From assembly GCA_945877965.1 (NCBI GenBank), contig CAMCTH010000001.1, positions 1 through 41,696 of the forward strand: DNA of 41,696 nt. The letters run 5' to 3'. The DNA comes from Planctomicrobium piriforme (GTDB lineage: Bacteria; Planctomycetota; Planctomycetia; Pirellulales; PNKZ01). The position numbers and the translations under genes were made by a program. Below are positions 28,919 to 37,129 of the stretch, one piece after another (position 1 is the stretch's first letter; each line of letters begins with the position of its first letter). The notes under the pieces were generated by a model. It searched no databases. It saw nothing but the letters and a program-made list of their open reading frames with translations, and was not told the origin of the DNA.

Positions 28919-30100
28919 TCAGGAAGATTGCTCGTTCGTCTGCGCTTTTAATCGGACGCGGAAGGTGCTGCCGCGACCCCATTCGCTTTGCACGCGCAGC
29001 GTCCCTTCGTGTTTATCCACGATCGCCTTCGCCAGAGCCAGCCCGAGCCCGAGTCCCCGGGCTTTCGTGGAGTAGAGCGGTTCCATGATCCGGAGCAACT
29101 TGTCGGCGGGGATGCCCGTGCCGGTGTCGGTGAATTCGATTTCGACGTCGTCGTCGAGCTGTTGCCCTCGAATCGTCAGGCGGCCCTGGCCCGACATCGC
29201 ATCGCGGGCATTGCGAATCAGATTGCCGAAGACGATGCGCAGTTGATTCGCGTCCCCCAGGGCGGCAGGGAGCCCCGGCGCTAAATCCAGTTCGACGTCA
29301 ATCGCCGCGGGGAGATGTTCCGTTTCGAGAACCTGACGCAGGCAATCGTGCAAAGAGAACGGAATCAACTGCGGATGCGGGAGCTTGGCAAAGTTCGAGA
29401 GCGCCGTGATCGCGTCGTCGGCAACGGTCACATGCTGCTCGATGCGTCGTAAGTGTTCGCCGACTTTCTCGGGCGAGGCATTGCGGGCGTTCAGCAGATA
29501 ATAGGCCGAGGTCTTGATGACGTTCAGCGGATTGCGCAGTTCATGGGCCACGCCGCCGGCGATCTGCCCGATGGCGGCTAGGCGTTCGTCGCGCCGTCGC
29601 CGTTCCAAGTGCTCGGCTTGGTAGGCGTCTTCGATCTTCGCCAGATCGAGATCGAGCAGCTTGTCGAGCGATTGGATCGTTTCGATCAGACTGAGCTGAT
29701 CCCCTTGCCAAGTCCGGCCGAGCGCGCCGATGAGCCCATTGCGGAGTCGCGAGAGAGCGACGTTCGTGTAGACCTGATCGAGTCCGATCTCGACGTGACG
29801 CATGCCGACGCGCCAACGACGGACGACGTAAGCCTGATCGTACGGGCCCGCCAGCAGTTCCCGGAGCCATTGGATGAGCGACTGCTTGAGGCGATCGATC
29901 TGTCGGTCGCCGCCGGTGATGACGTTGCTCGCCGCCGGATGCCGTTGAATCTCGCGATAGAAATCGTCGATCAGGCCGGGAAGAAACGAATCGAGGGGAC
30001 TGGCCAGCGCTTGCACGCGGCGCGCGTCGTCGGCATCCCAGCCGACGTACGACTGCAACTCTCGATATCGGGCCAGCAGGCCGTCTGCGTCCATCACCAT
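28919..30100 (-). CDS. Globin-coupled (protoglobin-domain) sensor histidine kinase
   Basis: N-terminal about 150 aa matches the globin-coupled-sensor pattern (DDFYREI distal Tyr region, RWRVGMRHVEIGL proximal His region). Then H-box ERLAAIGQIAGGVAHELRNPLN and an HATPase domain (DTGTGIP, GLGLGLALAK). Confidence 0.85.
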   Translation of the reverse strand: MVMDADGLLARYRELQSYVGWDADDARRVQALASPLDSFLPGLIDDFYREIQRHPAASNVITGGDRQIDRLKQSLIQWLRELLAGPYDQAYVVRRWRVGMRHVEIGLDQVYTNVALSRLRNGLIGALGRTWQGDQLSLIETIQSLDKLLDLDLAKIEDAYQAEHLERRRRDERLAAIGQIAGGVAHELRNPLNVIKTSAYYLLNARNASPEKVGEHLRRIEQHVTVADDAITALSNFAKLPHPQLIPFSLHDCLRQVLETEHLPAAIDVELDLAPGLPAALGDANQLRIVFGNLIRNARDAMSGQGRLTIRGQQLDDDVEIEFTDTGTGIPADKLLRIMEPLYSTKARGLGLGLALAKAIVDKHEGTLRVQSEWGRGSTFRVRLKAQTNEQSS

Positions 30101-30364
30101 CTGCCTAAGGTTTCATATCTGTCGCGAAAGCTATGCGCTTATCTTAATGCAATCGAACGACATAAGGAGCACCGCAGTTCATAACGATTTCGTCGAGTCG
30201 GCTCGGTCGGCGCAGGCGACTCGGAAATCAGCTATATTCGGCGGTTTGCCGAAACCCTCCGGCTGCGGAGGTTGAGTTCGCATGCAGGCGACATTAGTCT
30301 TGTTTCGCAGCGGATCACGGCAGCCGAGCAGATGCTGGATTCCATCACAAACGGATCGTCGCGG

Positions 30365-31489
30365 ATGAATCGCCATATTCTCGCCGTCGAAGACGATGCC
30401 GACGCTCTGGCGAACCTGCACGATATTCTGGAACTCGATGGGTTCCAAGTGACCGGGGCCGGGTCGATCAAAGCCGCGATGGACCGCCGCAACTGGTCGG
30501 ACTTCGCCGTCATCTTGCTCGATCGCAAGTTGCCGGACGGCACGGCCGAAGAGGTCTTGCCGCTGATTCGCGCCGCGGCTCCGCGGGCGGCGATCATCGT
30601 CATCACGGGCCATGCCGATCTGAACGGCACGATCGCGGCGTTGCGCTCCGGGGCGTCGGACTACTTGCTCAAGCCGGTGAATCCCGACTTGCTGCGGGCT
30701 GCGGTCATGCGGGCCGTCAAGTTGCTTGAGATGGAAGAGAAGATCGTGCAGTCGGAGCGCCTCGCCGCTATCGGGCAGATGATGACCGTGCTGACGCACG
30801 AGAGCGGCAACGTGCTGGCGCGGGGCAATGCTTTGCTAGAAATGTTGGCGACGGAAGTCGAAGATCGACCGGCGGCCGTCGAGTTGATCGGTCGTTTGGA
30901 AAAGGCCCATCTCGATCTGCGCCGCTTGTATGAAGAGGTGCGGAACTATGCCGCGCCGATCGAGCTGGATTGCGAACGGTGGGACTTGGGCTCCGTCTGG
31001 CGGCAGACATGGCGCAACGTGACGAGCGCGAAAGAGCACGGCAAGAAATGTTCGCTGACCGAGCAGGTCGCCGGAGTCGACTTGCGGTGCGAAGTCGATA
31101 GCTTCCGCTTCGATCAGGTTTTTCGGAACCTGTTTGATAATGCCATCGCGGCCGGCCCCGATCCAGTTTCGATCGAGGTGAGTTGCTCAGAAGCGGAGTT
31201 GTCGGGCAAGCCCGCGCTGCGAATCGGAGTGCGCGACAACGGCCCGGGGCTGACGCCGACGCAGGCGAAGCGCGTGTTTACCCCTTTCTACACGACGAAA
31301 CCGAAAGGAACGGGGCTCGGGCTGGCGATTGTGGCTCGCATCGTCGAAGCTCATCACGGCGAGATCACCGTGCAGAGCGAATCGGGCTGCGGGGCGGAGT
31401 TCGTCATCACGGTTCCGCGCCGAAGTCGTCGTCATGACGAGCCGACATCCGATCCCGCGTTGGCGTCGTCGCTTCCTACGAATCTCTAA
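30365..31489 (+). CDS. Hybrid receiver-histidine kinase (REC-HisKA-HATPase) without a recognisable sensor domain
   Basis: REC is ILAVEDDADA...VILLDRKLPDGTA...KP. H-box is ERLAAIGQMMTVLTHESGN. HATPase has VRDNGPGL and GTGLGLAIVARIV. The start is uncertain (TTG 30272, ATG 30332 or ATG 30365). Confidence 0.8.
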   Translation: MNRHILAVEDDADALANLHDILELDGFQVTGAGSIKAAMDRRNWSDFAVILLDRKLPDGTAEEVLPLIRAAAPRAAIIVITGHADLNGTIAALRSGASDYLLKPVNPDLLRAAVMRAVKLLEMEEKIVQSERLAAIGQMMTVLTHESGNVLARGNALLEMLATEVEDRPAAVELIGRLEKAHLDLRRLYEEVRNYAAPIELDCERWDLGSVWRQTWRNVTSAKEHGKKCSLTEQVAGVDLRCEVDSFRFDQVFRNLFDNAIAAGPDPVSIEVSCSEAELSGKPALRIGVRDNGPGLTPTQAKRVFTPFYTTKPKGTGLGLAIVARIVEAHHGEITVQSESGCGAEFVITVPRRSRRHDEPTSDPALASSLPTNL

Positions 31490-31510
31490 ACCACGAACAG
31501 CGCGATTACG

Positions 31511-32899
31511 ATGGCTGCTTTGAGTGACTTGCTGCTGGTCGATGACGACGACGATTTTCGCAGCGCGCTCGCGCAGCGATTCACGCGGCGCGGCTATCAG
31601 GTGCAAGATGCCCCCGACGGCGTCGCCGCCTTGGCCGAGGTCGAACGTCGTCAATTTGCGGCGGCCGTCATCGACCTGATGATGCCGAAGATGTCGGGCT
31701 TGGAGTTGCTGGAGAAGCTTAAGGCAGCCGATCCCGAGTGCGAAGTGATCATGCTCACCGGCTCGGCGACGGTCGAGACGGCCGTCAAAGCGATGAAGCT
31801 GGGGGCGTACGACTATCTGACGAAGCCGTGCGTAATGGCCGAGCTCGATGCGCTGGTCGACAAGGCGGTTGAGCGTCGCCAGCTTGCCAAAGAGAACTTG
31901 CGGCTCAAGGCGATCTTGCAGCAACGGCAGCCGCAATCGGAAATGATCGGGGAGTCGCCGGCCTTGAAGGACGTGTGGCGACTCATCGAACGAGCCGGCC
32001 CGACTGACAAGGCGATTCTGATTCAAGGCGAAAGCGGCACCGGCAAGGAGCTGGTTGCCCGGGCTTTGCACCGACGCAGCACGCGCGCCGATCAACCGTT
32101 GGTGACGATCAACTGCGCGGCCCTGTCGGAAACGTTGTTGGAAAGTGAACTCTTCGGTCACGAGAAAGGGGCCTTCACCGGCGCGGTGGCGACGAAGCCC
32201 GGCTTTTTCGAAATCGCCGACGGCGGCACGCTCTTCATTGACGAAATCGGCGAGATGCCCGGCTCGTTGCAAGCCAAGTTACTTCGCGTCTTGGAAGACG
32301 GATCGATGCGGCGCGTCGGCTCGATCAAGGAACGACGCGTCGACGTTCGCTTGATCGCCGCGACGAATCGCAACATGGCGGACGAGGTGAAGGCCGGACG
32401 GTTTCGCGAGGATTTGTACTACCGGATCAACGTCTTGTCGTTGGAGCTGCCGCCGTTGCGAGAGCGCAAAGAAGACGTGCCGCTGTTGACGAAGCATTTT
32501 CTCGGTCCCGATTGGGCGATCGAGCCGCAGGCACTGCAAGCAATCGAGCGCTACGACTGGCCGGGAAACATTCGCCAATTGATCAACGTCGTCGATCGGG
32601 CGAAGATTCTGGCTGACGATCATGAGGTTCTGTTGGAAGATCTGCCGCATGAGGTTGTCGCCGGGGTGGCGGAGAAATCGTCGGCTCCGTCTCCTGCCGT
32701 CGTCGATCTCTCAAACCTGCAAACGGATGATCTTTCGGCGCTGCAGCGAGCGCACGTCGTCGAGGTGTTGAACCGCGAGCGCGGGAACAAAGCCCGCGCC
32801 GCGCGGGCCTTGGGGGTGAATCGTCGCAGCCTCTATCGCATGCTGGAAAAGTATGGCCTGCATACGACCGACGCCTCCAAGCCCGCGTCGGCCGAGTAG
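31511..32899 (+). CDS. Sigma-54-dependent NtrC-family response regulator (REC-AAA+-HTH), copy 1
   Basis: REC (LLVDDDDD...VIDLMMPKMSG). Walker A GESGTGKE. ESELFGHEKGAFTGA (GAFTGA loop). C-terminal Fis-type HTH GNKARAARALGVNRRSLYRML. Confidence 0.9.
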   Translation: MAALSDLLLVDDDDDFRSALAQRFTRRGYQVQDAPDGVAALAEVERRQFAAAVIDLMMPKMSGLELLEKLKAADPECEVIMLTGSATVETAVKAMKLGAYDYLTKPCVMAELDALVDKAVERRQLAKENLRLKAILQQRQPQSEMIGESPALKDVWRLIERAGPTDKAILIQGESGTGKELVARALHRRSTRADQPLVTINCAALSETLLESELFGHEKGAFTGAVATKPGFFEIADGGTLFIDEIGEMPGSLQAKLLRVLEDGSMRRVGSIKERRVDVRLIAATNRNMADEVKAGRFREDLYYRINVLSLELPPLRERKEDVPLLTKHFLGPDWAIEPQALQAIERYDWPGNIRQLINVVDRAKILADDHEVLLEDLPHEVVAGVAEKSSAPSPAVVDLSNLQTDDLSALQRAHVVEVLNRERGNKARAARALGVNRRSLYRMLEKYGLHTTDASKPASAE

Positions 32900-32981
32900 T
32901 TCGGGCTCGCCGCCGCCAGCAAGGATGCCCTCGCGCGGGGGACGAAGAGGGTGAGCGATCTTGCGCACTCGATGATCGGTC

Positions 32982-32997
32982 CGTGCTCAACCGCACG
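32982..32997. promoter_or_regulatory. Dyad CGTGC-N6-GCACG (core GTGC-N6-GCAC), candidate UAS
   Basis: Read directly. The centre is about 126 bp upstream of the -24 GG at 33116. A degenerate relative, GAGCGATCTTGCGCAC, lies at 32953-32968. Confidence 0.35.
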
Positions 32998-33114
32998 CGA
33001 GTCGAATCCTCCTCGTCGCCGCCGTCGCGTTATCTTACCCCGATTCGGCGAGTATCTACCCGGAATCGCGGTCGGCGGCCGCGTGTTGTCAGAAATCCGG
33101 TCGGCGGGGATTTG

Positions 33115-33130
33115 TGGAATGGAGATTGCT
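33115..33130 (+). promoter_or_regulatory. Sigma-54 (-24/-12) promoter-like element
   Basis: TGGAATGGAGATTGCT: TGG and TTGC are in the exact consensus register. About 75 bp upstream of ATG 33203. Confidence 0.45.
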
Positions 33131-33202
33131 TAGAGTTCTTGGCGTCCGGCATTCGGCTACTCCCCTTTCCCCGTTCCATCTCATCTCCTTGCGAGGCGCG
33201 TC

Positions 33203-33586
33203 ATGAAATCCGTTCTCTGGGTCGGTTTGTCTCTGTCGATGATCGGACTGGCGACGGTGCGGGGCGAGGAGCCTGCGACGGCGAAAGGGAGCGTCGTTAT
33301 GGCGAAGAAGCTGGAATACTCGCAGCAACTGCTCAGCGCGCTGATGACTGAGAACTACGACGAAGCGGATCGCAACGTGAAGTTGATGAAGATCTTCACG
33401 CGACTCGAAGAGATGTATCGCGGCAAAACGCCCGAGTACAAAGCGCAGCTAAAGAAGTTCCAAGATTCGGTCACGCAACTCTCGGCCGCCGTCGAGGCCA
33501 AGCAGCACGACGCCGCGTCGCAGGCCTATCTCGACATGCTGCAATCGTGCATCCAATGTCACAAGACCTTGCAGAAAACCAAGTAG
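33203..33586 (+). CDS. Class II (four-helix-bundle, c-prime/c556/b562-like) cytochrome c, secreted, copy 1
   Basis: Signal peptide, helical sequence, a single CxxCH at the extreme C-terminus (CIQCHK), and a Met in the first helix (VVMAKKLEY). Paralogue of 38545-38997. Confidence 0.7.
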   Translation: MKSVLWVGLSLSMIGLATVRGEEPATAKGSVVMAKKLEYSQQLLSALMTENYDEADRNVKLMKIFTRLEEMYRGKTPEYKAQLKKFQDSVTQLSAAVEAKQHDAASQAYLDMLQSCIQCHKTLQKTK

Positions 33587-33634
33587 TCCCGCGACGAAGC
33601 GCCTTCGGCGGGATGCTCCAGCGAGGATGATGTC

Positions 33635-35212
33635 ATGCCTCCCGTCGATCAACCGTCGTTGCCGATCGACCATGCCGCAGTCGTGCGCCGACTGAGCGAT
33701 CCGACGATGTACGGCAACCCGCCCGGCGGCGTCCGACGGGTCGAGACGCACATTTCGCAGGTCTTCATCACGGACCGATTCGTCTACAAGTTAAAGAAAC
33801 CGGTCCGGTTCGATTTTCTTGACTTCAGCACGGTGGAGAAGCGCGAGTTCGCCTGTCGCGAAGAGATGCGGTTGAATCGTCGGATGGCGCCCGACGTCTA
33901 TTTGGGTGTCGTTCCGCTCACCGCCTCGGCCGATGGCGTGCTGCAATTCTCAGGCGCGGGTCCGACGGTCGACTGGGTCGTAAAAATGCGTCGGCTGCCG
34001 GACGAGCGGATGCTCAATGAGTTGATTCGCCGCGGTCGGCTGACCGACGTCGATCGGCGACAGTTGGCGGAATACTTGGGGCGATACTACGCCGCAGCCG
34101 CGCCGCTCGTCGTTCGCCCTGACCAATTCATGGACTCGCTGTTGCAGCGGGTGAAAGAGAACCAGCAGGCTCTACTCTCGACGTCGGCCGCCGAGGGGGA
34201 TCAAGTCCGGCGGCTGCATTCGTTTCAACTACGCCTGCTCCGGTGTCGGCCGCAGGCGTTTCTCGACCGCCTGCTCGACGGTCGGATCATCGACGGTCAC
34301 GGCGATTTGCGGCCGGAGCATATCTGCCTGCTCGAACCTCCGGCCGTGTTCGACTGCCTGGAATTCAGCGCCGAGCTGCGTTGCGTCGACGTGCTCGATG
34401 AGCTCTGCTTCTTGACGATGGAATGCGATCGACTGCAGGCCGACGACGTCGGCGAGCAAGTGCTGCGGACCTACTGTACGCTGGCGCAAGACACGCTCTC
34501 CGCGTCGTTGATCGCGTTCTACAAATGCTATCGCGCTTGCGTCCGCGCCAAAGTCGCGGCGTTAAGGGCCGAACAGACGGCGACGGCCGAACGTGAGTCG
34601 CAGCAACTTCTCCAGCGGCAGTACCTCGATCTCGCCGACCGCTCCGTGCGCTCGGCCGGTTGTCGTCCGCTGTTGATCGTCGTCTCGGGGCTGATGGGGA
34701 CCGGCAAATCGACGCTGGCCCGAGCGCTCGGAGAGGAGTTGGCGATCGAGGTTCTGCGGACCGACGAACTCCGCGAGGAGCTGCTTCCTAAAGATCATCA
34801 GACCGCGGCGTTCGGCGAAGGCCGCTACACGCCGGAAGCGCGCGAACATGTGTATTCCGAGTTGTTTCGGCGGGCCGATCACCGGTTAGCGCAAGGGACG
34901 TCGATCTTGCTCGACGGCACCTTTAGCCAAGCCACGGTCCGGCAAGCGGCGCGGGATTGCGGCCGAGCGCGCGACGCCGACGTCGTGGAGATCGAATGCG
35001 TCTGCCCTCGCGAGATTGCTTTGCAAAGGATTCGATCGCGCCTCGGACAAGCCCAGGCCGATGTCTCCGAGGCGCGGCCGGAACTATATGATCGGCAAGT
35101 CGCCGAGCGCGAGGCGAGCGCCGCTTCAGCGTCGACCGTAACGATCGAGACGACGATGCCGCTGCACACACAGCTCGCAAACGTGTTCGCCGCGCTGCCG
35201 GCGATGGCTTAA
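33635..35212 (+). CDS. Bifunctional aminoglycoside-phosphotransferase-like / P-loop (AAA_33) kinase protein
   Basis: The N-terminal half has an APH/choline-kinase-like catalytic block IIDGHGDLRPEHICL. The C-terminal half has Walker A VSGLMGTGKSTLARAL and ILLDGTF. Confidence 0.8.
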   Translation: MPPVDQPSLPIDHAAVVRRLSDPTMYGNPPGGVRRVETHISQVFITDRFVYKLKKPVRFDFLDFSTVEKREFACREEMRLNRRMAPDVYLGVVPLTASADGVLQFSGAGPTVDWVVKMRRLPDERMLNELIRRGRLTDVDRRQLAEYLGRYYAAAAPLVVRPDQFMDSLLQRVKENQQALLSTSAAEGDQVRRLHSFQLRLLRCRPQAFLDRLLDGRIIDGHGDLRPEHICLLEPPAVFDCLEFSAELRCVDVLDELCFLTMECDRLQADDVGEQVLRTYCTLAQDTLSASLIAFYKCYRACVRAKVAALRAEQTATAERESQQLLQRQYLDLADRSVRSAGCRPLLIVVSGLMGTGKSTLARALGEELAIEVLRTDELREELLPKDHQTAAFGEGRYTPEAREHVYSELFRRADHRLAQGTSILLDGTFSQATVRQAARDCGRARDADVVEIECVCPREIALQRIRSRLGQAQADVSEARPELYDRQVAEREASAASASTVTIETTMPLHTQLANVFAALPAMA

Positions 35213-35241
35213 TCGCTGCCGTTGTCGGCGACTTCGTCGAG

Positions 35242-35442
35242 TTATAGCGTCATCAGCACGGTGCCGAACATCATCAGCGTCCCCATGACGACGATCGCCA
35301 GCAGCACGCCCGTGACGCTACGGCCCGCGAAGAGATCTTCTTCAAGCATCGCGCGACGGTCGTCCGGCGAGAACGTCCGGAACGTCGCGCCTAACGAAGA
35401 TTCATCGGCTAGTAAGTTCGCGATCGGGTCGACGTGCGACAT
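35242..35442 (-). CDS. Small tail-anchored membrane protein (66 aa), hypothetical
   Basis: High GC3 codon pattern consistent with neighbouring genes. GAGAG-type SD about 8-10 nt before ATG 35442 (alternative GTG 35451). C-terminal TM VTGVLLAIVVMGTLMMFGTVLM. Has its own sigma-54-like promoter upstream. Confidence 0.45.
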   Translation of the reverse strand: MSHVDPIANLLADESSLGATFRTFSPDDRRAMLEEDLFAGRSVTGVLLAIVVMGTLMMFGTVLMTL

Positions 35443-35517
35443 GGCGGGCACTCACTCTCTGCGTTATTAACTTGGCCGTGCCTCGTCGTCGAAGCATTCC
35501 CCGGCCAATTCTTCTAA

Positions 35518-35533
35518 CGCATCTCACGTGCCG
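35518..35533 (-). promoter_or_regulatory. Sigma-54 (-24/-12) promoter-like element (minus strand)
   Basis: The minus strand reads CGGCACGTGAGATGCG. The context TTCGGCACG-N4-ATGC is identical in pattern to the element at 19616. About 65 nt upstream of the small ORF start. Confidence 0.45.
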
Positions 35534-35644
35534 AATCGGCCCGCGTTGAGAATGTCGCTCGGACTCGTCTCGGTAATTCTCGCGTGCCAATGACTTACGA
35601 CGAATAAGACGTTTTGCAGTCGGACGCGAGCCATGAACCGTCGC

Positions 35645-35690
35645 CGTGCGGCTCCGAGACGTCTCCGCACGCGTGAGACGTGCGAGCACA
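35645..35690. promoter_or_regulatory. Cluster of dyad and direct repeats, candidate UAS region
   Basis: GTGCGG (35646-51) is inverted with CCGCAC (35665-70). Perfect palindromes GAGACGTCTC (35656-65) and CACGCGTG (35668-75). GAGACGT is repeated at 35656 and 35675. Lies 115-160 bp upstream of the minus-strand -24 element. Confidence 0.3.
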
Positions 35691-35722
35691 TTCGTCGGCA
35701 CGGCGACGACGCGGCGACGTAA

Positions 35723-37129
35723 CTACATCGACATGCTTTGCGAGTCGGCCGCGGCCGTATCGTTCAGCGTAATCTGGTATCGCTCTAACAATCGATACAA
35801 GCTCCGTCGGTTCACTCCCAAAGTCCGCGCGGTGCGGGCTTTGTTACCTCGTTCACGCCGCAGCATTTCGACGATATGCGCCCGTTCGAGCGACGCTAAC
35901 GTCGTGTCGGCTTGGGTGAACGGAATCGTGGGAGAATGCGCAGCCGCCGCCGGTGCCGCTAGCTGAGTCACGTCGCGCGGCAGGTCTTGGAGTCGCACCA
36001 GGTTGTCGTCGGCCAGAATCTTGGCGCGATCGATGGCATTGCTCAGTTGCCGGATATTGCCCGGCCACGAATAACGTTCGATCGCGATCTGCGCCGCCGG
36101 TTCGATGCGCCATTGCGGACCGAGAAACTTCTGCACGAGCGGGCCGATGTCGCCGGCCCGTTCGCGGAGCGGCGGCAGTTGCAGCGACATCACGTTGATG
36201 CGGTAGTACAAATCCTCACGGAAGCGACCGGCTTTGACTTCCGCCGCCAGATCGCGATTCGTGGCGGCCAGCAGTCGGACGTCGACGCGTCGTTCGGTGA
36301 GCGAGCCGATCCGCCGCATCGAACCGTCTTCCAACACGCGCAGCAGTTTGGGTTGCAACGAGCCGGGCATCTCGCCGATCTCGTCGATGAACAGCGTGCC
36401 GCCGTCGGCGATTTCGAACAGGCCGGGCTTTGCGGCGACGGCCCCGGTAAATGAGCCTTTTTCGTGGCCGAACAGTTCGCTTTCCAACAAGTTCTCGGCC
36501 AGCGCCGCGCAGTTGATTACCACCAGCGGTTTGTCGGCCCGCAAGCTGCGACGATGCAACGCACGCGCGACGAGCTCTTTGCCGGTGCCGCTTTCGCCTT
36601 GAATCAGGACGGCCTTGTCGGTCGGGCCGGCCCGTTCGATCAGACGATAGACCTCTTGCATGGCCCCCGACTGCCCGATCATATCCGGAGCCGATTGCGA
36701 GCGCGCCAAGATCTGCTTTAACTGCAGATTCTCTTTGGCGAGCTGCCGGCGCGCGACGGCTTTGTCGAGCACGACTTCCAGTTCGGTGAGCGGACACGGC
36801 TTGGTCAGATAATCAAACACGCCGAGCTTCATCGCTTGCACGGCCGACTCGATCGTCCCCTGCCCGGTCAGCAACACGACTTCGACGTCGGGCTGCAGTG
36901 CCTTGAGTCGTTCGGCGAGTTCGACGCCCGACATGCCGGGCATCGCCATATCGAGCAGCGCGACGTCGAAGTGACGACGTTGCGCCGCCTGCAGCGCCGC
37001 TTCGCCGTCGCCGGCTTCGGCGACGCGAAAGCCGCGACGGGCCAATCGCCGCACGACGGTCTCGCGGTAGTCGGCTTCGTCATCGACGACGAGTAGGTCG
37101 ATCGTTTGCGGACTGCGTGCTTCGCTCAT
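35723..37129 (-). CDS. Sigma-54-dependent NtrC-family response regulator (REC-AAA+-HTH), copy 2
   Basis: ATG 37129. REC (LLVVDDEAD...VALLDMAMPGMSG), GESGTGKE, ESELFGHEKGSFTGA, HTH GNKARTARTLGVNRRSLYRLL. Long runs are identical to copy 1. Confidence 0.9.
   Translation of the reverse strand: MSEARSPQTIDLLVVDDEADYRETVVRRLARRGFRVAEAGDGEAALQAAQRRHFDVALLDMAMPGMSGVELAERLKALQPDVEVVLLTGQGTIESAVQAMKLGVFDYLTKPCPLTELEVVLDKAVARRQLAKENLQLKQILARSQSAPDMIGQSGAMQEVYRLIERAGPTDKAVLIQGESGTGKELVARALHRRSLRADKPLVVINCAALAENLLESELFGHEKGSFTGAVAAKPGLFEIADGGTLFIDEIGEMPGSLQPKLLRVLEDGSMRRIGSLTERRVDVRLLAATNRDLAAEVKAGRFREDLYYRINVMSLQLPPLRERAGDIGPLVQKFLGPQWRIEPAAQIAIERYSWPGNIRQLSNAIDRAKILADDNLVRLQDLPRDVTQLAAPAAAAHSPTIPFTQADTTLASLERAHIVEMLRRERGNKARTARTLGVNRRSLYRLLERYQITLNDTAAADSQSMSM

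Noticed and set aside
31187-32272. 361-aa ORF antisense to the REC-kinase / NtrC copy 1 junction
   Set aside because: Shadow ORF crossing a gene boundary on the opposite strand, with Arg-rich composition.
33138-33155. Second sigma-54-like string TTGGCGTCCGGCATTCGG
   Set aside because: TGGC is present, but the -12 position in the correct register reads TC instead of GC. The element at 33115-33130 fits better.
35222-35470. 82-aa plus-strand ORF opposite the small tail-anchored protein ORF
   Set aside because: Ser/Thr-rich translation with poor GC3 pattern. The minus-strand frame has genome-typical codons, an SD-like sequence, a TM helix and a promoter-like element.
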